Positions 56,295 to 64,000 of a stretch of DNA of 64,000 nt are shown piece after piece. The position numbers and the translations under genes were made by a program. Origin of the DNA: an uncultured bacterium (GTDB lineage: Bacteria; Patescibacteriota; Doudnabacteria; UBA920); assembly GCA_963749445.1 (NCBI GenBank), contig CAVVMJ010000005.1:98915-162914 (forward strand), written 5' to 3'. The notes under the pieces were generated by a model that was not told the DNA's origin, did not search any database, and saw only the letters and a list, made by a program, of their open reading frames with translations. Numbering within the stretch: position 1 is the first letter of the stretch; each line of letters opens with the position of its first letter.

Positions 56295-59200
56295 GTGGAC
56301 GAGAATTTGAAAGAAAATTTTGATTCGTTCTTAAGCCTCGCGGAAGCGAGCAAGCTAACAGGGTACCACCAGGATTACCTTGGTTTTTTGTGCCGCACCG
56401 GCAAGCTCCAGGGATTTAAAATTGGCAGGAACTGGACGACGACCAAACAAGCCTTGGATGAGTTCATTAAAAACTATAAAAACGGGGTTAGCGAAATCGT
56501 TGATGAAACAGGCAGGAAGATCCCCGTTAAGGTAGAACGCCTAGCCCCTCAAGTTGTCATCGCGGATTTGCCCGCGGGGCAACCTCCAATTGCGGCGGGT
56601 CTTGTTTTTTCGCAGGGCGCAACTCCACAGCCGCAGGAAGTTTTGCCCGCTGCGCTTAATTCCAGTTTAGAGCTTAGGCACCTCCGCAGAGACGTCATTG
56701 ATGAAATTGACAAAAAGGTGCAGAACTTGTCCGCTAGCGTGGAAAAGATTGAAACCCAAACTCAGGAACAGGCGAAACAGTTAGAGGCAAATAAACAACA
56801 AATACTGGCAGTTGTCCCGGTGGCGGAAACGGCGCCGCAAGTACCGTCAACCGCGGCAGCGATAAACAATTTTGCCGAAGAAGACGAGTACGTCAAAAAA
56901 GAACGGCAGCGATTCAGCAACAAGTTTGCTTCCAATTTTGATTTCGGAACCGCGGATATTCACCCGACTACGCCAAGGCTTCGTCGGGCAAGCGCGGAAC
57001 CAGAACGCGGAACATACGCGGATCAATCCAAGTTCGCGCTGGGGAAGGAAAAAGTCAAACAACTTTACGGAAGCTTTACAAAAAAGAGCCGCATAGATTT
57101 TAACCGGGTCGGCGCGTACGCCTTGGTTGCAATAATTTTGGCGCTGTTTATGGGATCGGTGTTCTGGAGAAATTTGTTTAATAATCTGTCCGGCAATCAG
57201 CGGCCGCAGGAAATGAAAATTGTTTACCAGAACAATAATAGCGGCAAGCAGCCAGCGGTAAGCAATCAGCAGCCCGGCGCGGGTCAGGGCGGAACCACCA
57301 TCGTTAACAAAACCGTCAACCAGCTGCTCGGCTTTTCCGACGCGGACTTGTACAGCCTGATAGATAACCGTTTAAACCAATATTTGGCCGAAGGAAGATT
57401 CAAAGGACCCAAAGGGGACCAGGGGCTGCCGGGGCTGCCGGGCGGAGCCACCTACGTAGCGTCAAACCCCGCGACCGGCTTTTCCGGCGGCAGCATTGGC
57501 GGGACAACCTATCTTTCTTCCCAGGATTTTGCCACAAATAACATTACGGTTAACATCAGCCTTACGGACAACGGCACGGCGGTTTTTAACGGGTACGCGA
57601 CTTTTAACGGGAACACAAACTTAAGCGGCACTACGACCATTGCGAATTTGAACGTTGCCAATATTAATCCGAATTTTACCCAGGGCAGCGTGGTGTTCCA
57701 GGGATTAAACGGGCTGGCGCAGGACAACGCGAATTTTTATTGGGACAGCGTAAATCATCGCCTTGGCATAGGCACCACCACCCCGGAATTCGCTTTGGAT
57801 GTTAATGGCGTCGTGAACGCGCAGGCCTTGTACGTTAACGGCACGCCGTATATCGGCAGCCAGTGGATTTCCACCAGCACGGGAATTTATTTTGCTTCCG
57901 GCAATGTGGGTATTGGCACGACTTCGGCTTCAAGCACGATGCTAACTGTGGCGGGCGACACATCGGTATTCGGCAATTTGGCGGTGGCCGGGACATCGTC
58001 GCTGGCTTCGGCAATTGTTGGCAACCTCACAGTTACGGGCACATCAACACTTGATAGGACGTATACGATAGAATTGGCCGTATCGGACTTATCAACGCTG
58101 GCTACAACTTCAGTAACCAGTTTGGCGGTATCGGGAATCTCGTCACTCGCGACCACCACCATCAGCAACCTTACTTTAACCCAGCCGCTGTCTTTGTCGT
58201 CAGGGGGCTTAGGGTTTGATTCGTCGGCTATTCAAAAGGGCGGGCTGTTGGCCGGAACGGGCAACGGAAGTTTTGGCATCCAGCCGGTCGGCAGCGACGG
58301 CTTGTGCTTGCTGGCTTCTTCCACCGCGCCGTCGGGAATGGCCTGGACTGATTGCGCCGTGGCGGCCAATGCCATTACTTCGTTAAACGGTCTGACCAAT
58401 CCGGTGCAGACTTTTGCCACGGGCAGCGACATCAACATCGGTTTGAATATAACCTCCAGCGGATCCACTCACACTTTTACGCCGACTTTTACCGGCACCT
58501 TGGCCGCCAATCGCTTAAACAGCAACGTGGTGCAGGGGATTACGAATGACACAAACATTACCGGCTCAATTTTAAACCAGGTTTTGACTTTGGGCTGGAA
58601 CGGGCAACTTTCCGCGGCGCGCGGCGGCACTGGCACCAACACTTTGGCTTCCTTGACCGTCGGCAGCAACTTAAACATCAGCGGAGGACAGAATGTCCTT
58701 ATCGGCACTTCCACCCAGATTACGTTATCAAACAATCCGTCCTTTACTTCTATCACCGCCACTGCTTCTTCTTCCTTGGGCAATGCCACGGCCACGGCTT
58801 TTTCCGCCACGACCTTTAACGGCAACACCCTGACTGCCGGCTCCGGTACTCTGACTTTGAATAACAACACTTTGTCTTTGCAGGGCGGCAACACTACACT
58901 GGTTGGCATCAATTCCATCACAAGTTCAACGATAGCCACCTCCACCGTTGGCACTTCCACCATCTCCGGCTTTTTGGCCTTAAACTCCACCACCACCAAT
59001 TCCAACATCAGCGGTTCAACCGTCAACAACGTCACCATCCAGGGCAACAGCAATACCTTAACCCTGCTGGGTACTTCTTCCATTGACCAATCCGTCACCA
59101 CCACCTCCACTCCGACCTTTGCCGGCCTCACCGTCAACGGCCCCGCCTCGGCACAATCTTTGATGGTGACGGGCAACTTAACCGCCACGGGTTCGACTAC

Positions 59201-62200
59201 GCTCGCCGCCTTGACGGCCGGCACGTTGGCCGTAACAGGTTCGACTACGCTCACTGTCTTAAATACGACCGGCGCCGTAACCTTTGCCTCTCCCACTACC
59301 ATCATCAACACCGTTACTTATCTCTGGCCGTCTATCCAGGGCGCGGCCAATACTTTTTTGATGGATAACGGTTCAGGAACGTTATCCTGGTCTGCCGCTT
59401 CCACCACCCTGTCCGGTTACGCCTGGATGCTGGGCGGCAACACCTTAACAGCTACCGGCACCTTTGGCACGCTCTCCAACAATGACTTAAACATCATTAC
59501 CAACTCCACCACTAGGATGACCATCCTCTCCGGCGGCAACGTCGGCATCGGCTCGTCCGCCCCAGCTTCCCTGCTGGATGTTTTTGGGACGGCCCAACTC
59601 CGAGGCGCGTCAAACCAAATTGGATTGTATGTCAATTCGTCAGGGAATGTTGGGGTGGGGACGACTTCTCCGGTTGCCCTGTTCAGCGTCAGCGGCAATG
59701 AATTCATCGCCGGATCTTCCACCATAACCAACCTTAACCAAGCCCTGCCCGTGCGTTCTACCGCGGGCGGCGCCCTGTTCAACGGCGCCGTTGCTTTGGG
59801 CTCTTCCGATGTCACCGGCATCCTGCCTATCCTTAACGGCGGCACCGGAGCTTCCACTCTGGCCGGAGCCAACATCGTCACGGCCAACGCCTCAGCCGGC
59901 CAGGTCCCTTACTTTACCGCCCCGACCACCCAAGCCGGCTCTGCCAACTTCCTTTGGAACAATACCAGCAACCTGCTGACCGTCAACGGCACCATTAACG
60001 CCACCACCTCCAACTTTACCAACCTGAACGCTTCCTCCACGGTTTTGACCAACGCCACGACCACGGGCCAATCGGTTCTTTTGGGACAAACCAACGGCAA
60101 GCTGCTGGCTTTAGACCAAAACGGAATCATCATCTCCACTTCCACCGCCTACCAGACCGCCTTGAGCAATCCCGATACCGGCACGGGAGCCTCGCCGCAA
60201 ATCGCTTATTGGTCAAGCGCGACCGGACTGACGGGCGCGTCCGGCTTCCTATGGGACAACTCAAATACCAGAATGGTGGTCAACGGCACGATCAACGCCA
60301 GCAGCACCAACTTTACCAATGCCACCACCAGCCAACTGTTTGTCACCGGTTCTACTAACGGCAAATTAGCCGCTTTGGACGCTAATGGAATGCTCATCGG
60401 TACTTCCACCGCTTACCAAGTGGCCGGCTCTTACCTTACCACCATCGGCAGCGGCTCTTCCTCCACCATCCCTTATTTCACGGCTACGGCCAACACTTTG
60501 CAGGGGTCTAACAACTTATCCTTCAACGGTTCAAATTTAGTTTTGAACGGAACGATTTACGCCACTTCCTCCAACTTTACCAACGCCACTACATCCCAAT
60601 TATTCGTAACGGGACAGACGGGTAAGTTGGCCGCGCTTGACGCCAACGGGATGCTGATAGCGACTTCCACCAGCTATCAGACCGCCCTGACCAATCCCGA
60701 TACCGGCACGGGAGCCTCGCCGCAAATCGCTTATTGGTCAAGCGCGACCGGACTGACGGGCGCGTCCGGCTTCCTTTGGGACAACTCAAATACCAGAATG
60801 GTGGTCAACGGCACCATCAACGCCACCTCCTCCAACTTCACCAACTTAAACGCTTCCTCCACCGTCTTAACCAACTCTACCACCACAAACCAGTCCGTCT
60901 TCTCCGCCATTACCGGCCCCACCTTCCTGGCCTTAGACTCCAACCATATCCTAATGGCCACTTCCACCCCGGTGTTAACGGTTACCGGCTCCGGTTCCCT
61001 CACTTCCACCGGCGGCACCTCCCCGAATATCGCCTTGGTCACCCTGGCTAACAACGCCGTCCTCTTTGGCCAAGGCAGCGCCACCATCGGCACTTCCACC
61101 AACTTTTCCTGGCTTAACGGCCAAAACCTCTTTAGCGTCAACGGCACCATCAACGCCACCTCCTCGCTGTTCACCAACGCCACTTCCAGCAACCTGGCCG
61201 CCACCTCCTTAACCTCCGCCCTGCCGGTCAGGAGCACCACCGCCGGCTACCTCTACAACGGCGCGATTAACCTTAGCTCCGGCTCCTCTGACATTACTGG
61301 CACTCTGGCCATCGGCAGCGGCGGCACCGGCGCCACCACTCTGGCCGGCGCCAACATCGTCACGGCCAACGCCTCAGCCGGCCAGGTCCCCTTACTTTAC
61401 CGCCCCGACCACCCAAGCCGGCAGTGCCAACTTCCTTTGGAACAATACTTCCAACCTGTTAACCATCAACGGCACCATCAACGCCAGCACCTCCAACTTT
61501 ACCAACCTGAACGCCTCCTCCACGGTTTTGACCAACGCGACAACGACAGGCCAGCAGTTCATTCTGGGGCAGACTAACGGGAAACTATTGGCCCTTGACC
61601 AAAACGGCATGGTCATTTCCACTTCTACCGCCTACATCACCACCGCCAACGTCTCCGGCGCCTCGCCCCAGGTGGCCGTGTTTGCCGGAGCCAATACGGT
61701 TAACGGATACAGCGGCTTCCTTTGGGACAACTCAAATACCAGAATGGTGGTCAACGGCACCATCAACGCCACCTCCTCCAACTTCACCAACTTAAACGCT
61801 TCCTCCACCGTCTTAACCAACTCTACCACCACAAACCAGTCCGTCTTCTCCGCCATTACCGGCCCCACCTTCCTGGCCTTAGACTCCAACCATATCCTAA
61901 TGGCCACTTCCACCCCGGTGTTAACGGTTACCGGCTCCGGTTCCCTCACTTCCACCGGCGGCACCTCCCCGAATATCGCCTTGGTCACCCTGGCTAACAA
62001 CGCCGTCCTCTTTGGCCAAGGCAGCGCGACCATCGGCACTTCCACCAACTTTTCCTGGCTTAACGGCTCTAATCTCTTTAGCGTCAACGGCACCATCAAC
62101 GCCACCTCCTCGCTGTTCACCAACTCTACCACCACAAACCAGTCCGTCTTCTCCGCCATTACCGGCCCCACCTTCCTGGCTTTAGACTCCAACCATATCC

Positions 62201-64000
62201 TAATGGCCACTTCCACCCCGGTCCTGGCAGTTACCGGCTCCGGAAACATCGCCTCTTCAGGAGGGACTTCACCTAACCTTACTTTTACCGGAACACTTCC
62301 GATACTTAACGGCGGAACAGGACAGACAACTCTGGCGGCGGCCAACATCGTCACGGCTAACGCCTCAGCCGGCCAGGTCCCTTACTTTACCGCCCCGACC
62401 ACCCAGTCAGGGAGTGCCAACTTCCTTTGGAACAATACTTCCAACCTGTTAACCATCAACGGCACCATCAACGCCAGCACCTCCAACTTCACCAACTTAA
62501 ACGCCTCCTCCACGGTCTTGACCAACGCCACGACCACGGGCCAATCGGTTCTTTTGGGACAAACCAACGGCAAGCTGCTGGCTTTAGACCAAAACGGAAT
62601 CATCATCTCCACTTCCACCGCCTACCAGACCGCCTTGAGCAATCCCGATACCGGCACGGGAGCCTCGCCGCAAATCGCTTATTGGTCAAGCGCGACCGGA
62701 CTGACGGGCGCGTCCGGCTTCCTATGGGACAACTCAAATACCAGAATGGTGGTCAACGGCACGATCAACGCCACCACCTCCAACTTCACCAACTTAAACG
62801 CTTCCTCCACCGTCTTAACCAACTCTACCACCACAAACCAGTCCGTCTTCTCCGCCATTACCGGCCCCACCTTCCTGGCCTTAGACTCCAACCATATCCT
62901 AATGGCCACTTCCACCCCGGTCCTGGCAGTTACCGGCTCCGGAAACATCGCCTCTTCAGGAGGGACTTCACCTAACCTTACTTTTACCGGAACACTTCCG
63001 ATACTTAACGGCGGAACAGGACAGACAACTTTGGCGGCGGCCAACATCGTCACGGCCAACGCCTCAGCCGGCCAGGTCCCTTACTTTACCGCCCCGACCA
63101 CCCAGTCAGGGAGTGCCAACTTCCTTTGGAACAATACTTCCAACCTGTTAACCATCAACGGCACCATCAACGCCAGCACCTCCAACTTTACCAACCTGAA
63201 CGCCTCCTCCACGGTTTTGACCAACGCCACGACCACGGGCCAATCGGTTCTTTTGGGACAAACCAACGGCAAGCTGCTGGCTTTAGACCAAAACGGAATC
63301 ATCATTTCCACTTCTACCGCCTACATCACCACCGCCAACGTCTCCGGCGCCTCGCCCCAGGTGGCCGTGTTTGCCGGAGCCAATACGGTTAACGGATACA
63401 GCGGCTTCCTTTGGGACAACTCAAATACCAGAATGGTGGTCAACGGCACGATCAACGCCACCACCTCCAACTTTACCAACTTAAACGCTTCCTCCACCGT
63501 CTTAACCAACTCTACCACCACAAACCAGTCCGTCTTCTCCGCCATTACCGGCCCCACCTTCCTGGCCTTAGACTCCAACCATATCCTAATGGCCACTTCC
63601 ACCCCGGTCCTGGCAGTTACCGGCTCCGGTTCCCTCACTTCCACCGGCGGCACCTCCCCGAATATCGCCTTGGTCACCCTGGCTAACAACGCCGTCCTCT
63701 TTGGCCAAGGCAGCGCCACCATCGGCACTTCCACCAACTTTTCCTGGCTTAACGGCTCTAATCTCTTTAGCGTCAACGGCACCATCAACGCCACCTCCTC
63801 GCTGTTCACCAACGCCACTTCCAGCAACCTGGCCGCCACCTCCTTAACCTCCGCCCTGCCGGTCAGGAGCACCACCGCCGGCTACCTCTACAACGGCGCG
63901 ATTAACCTTAGCTCCGGCTCCTCTGACATTACCGGCACTCTGGCCATCGGCAGCGGCGGCACCGGAGCTTCCACTCTGGCCGGAGCCAACATCGTCACGG
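56295..64000 (+). CDS. giant membrane-anchored protein: N-terminal HTH_17/excisionase-like domain, coiled coil, TM helix, short collagen-like GXY stretch, then >2000 aa of Thr/Ser/Asn/Gly-rich fibre-like tandem repeats; runs off window; single-base frame change at about 61386
   Basis: LSLAEASKLTGYHQDYLGFLCRTGKLQGFKIGRNWTTTKQALDEFI, TM helix VGAYALVAIILALFMGSVFW, collagen-like GPKGDQGLPGLPGG. Nested repeats of about 690 bp recur at 59880, 61350, 62340 and 63030. The copy at 61381-61391 reads GGTCCCCTTAC where the others read GGTCCCTTAC. Confidence 0.6.

Noticed and set aside
56847-63875. Many minus-strand and off-frame plus-strand ORFs (e.g. 58469..59311, 60731..61240, 61632..62354, 62427..62975, 63321..63875)
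   Set aside because: All lie within the giant repeat gene. They are open because of biased codon composition, translate to Pro/Val/Ala-rich low-complexity strings and mirror the repeat periodicity.

Overview
This is a 64-kb bacterial window in the standard genetic code. All long ORFs read through in code 11. The two longest genes are missing from the ORF track only because they run off the window edges.

Most of the window is about 50% GC. The left 3 kb is an AT-rich island (about 30% GC) carrying a fused C5-cytosine/N6-adenine DNA methyltransferase that is truncated by the window start.

The core, from 12.7 to 26.7 kb on the minus strand, is a de novo purine biosynthesis cluster: purL-purQ-X-purF-purN-Y-purD-HAD-purE-purM-purC-[RAYT]-purB. 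A REP-flanked RAYT (IS200-like Y1 transposase) sits inside the operon, and purL carries two +1 frameshifts.

The right half contains small enzyme genes, three type IV pilin-like genes, a cyanophycin-synthetase-like ATP-grasp gene, and a glycerate kinase plus D-2-hydroxyacid dehydrogenase pair. It also has an inverted-repeat-flanked GxxExxY cassette, DsbA, and several very large repeat-rich surface-protein genes (two with frame disruptions inside tandem repeats). An iteron/palindrome module holds a PaaX/Cas2-fold-like gene. A giant protein of more than 2,500 aa (HTH, TM, collagen-like, fibre repeats) runs off the right edge.

The most unusual signal is a set of short GC-rich palindromic element families inserted in frame inside conserved housekeeping genes. 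They occur in purD, purL (three times), the 2'-5' RNA ligase (three times) and the ATP-grasp gene, with intergenic copies as well. This resembles Rickettsia palindromic elements.

Other repeat families are present: MITE-like elements with TTGATGGGCATCTTC ends, 9-bp ATAGGACAG tandem arrays, a recurrent TTGACATAATTG promoter-like motif, and a TACTAAATACTAAA intergenic motif.

Pilin-rich, repeat-rich gene content loosely suggests a Patescibacteria/CPR-like organism, but this cannot be proven here. No rRNA, tRNA or CRISPR array was recognised.
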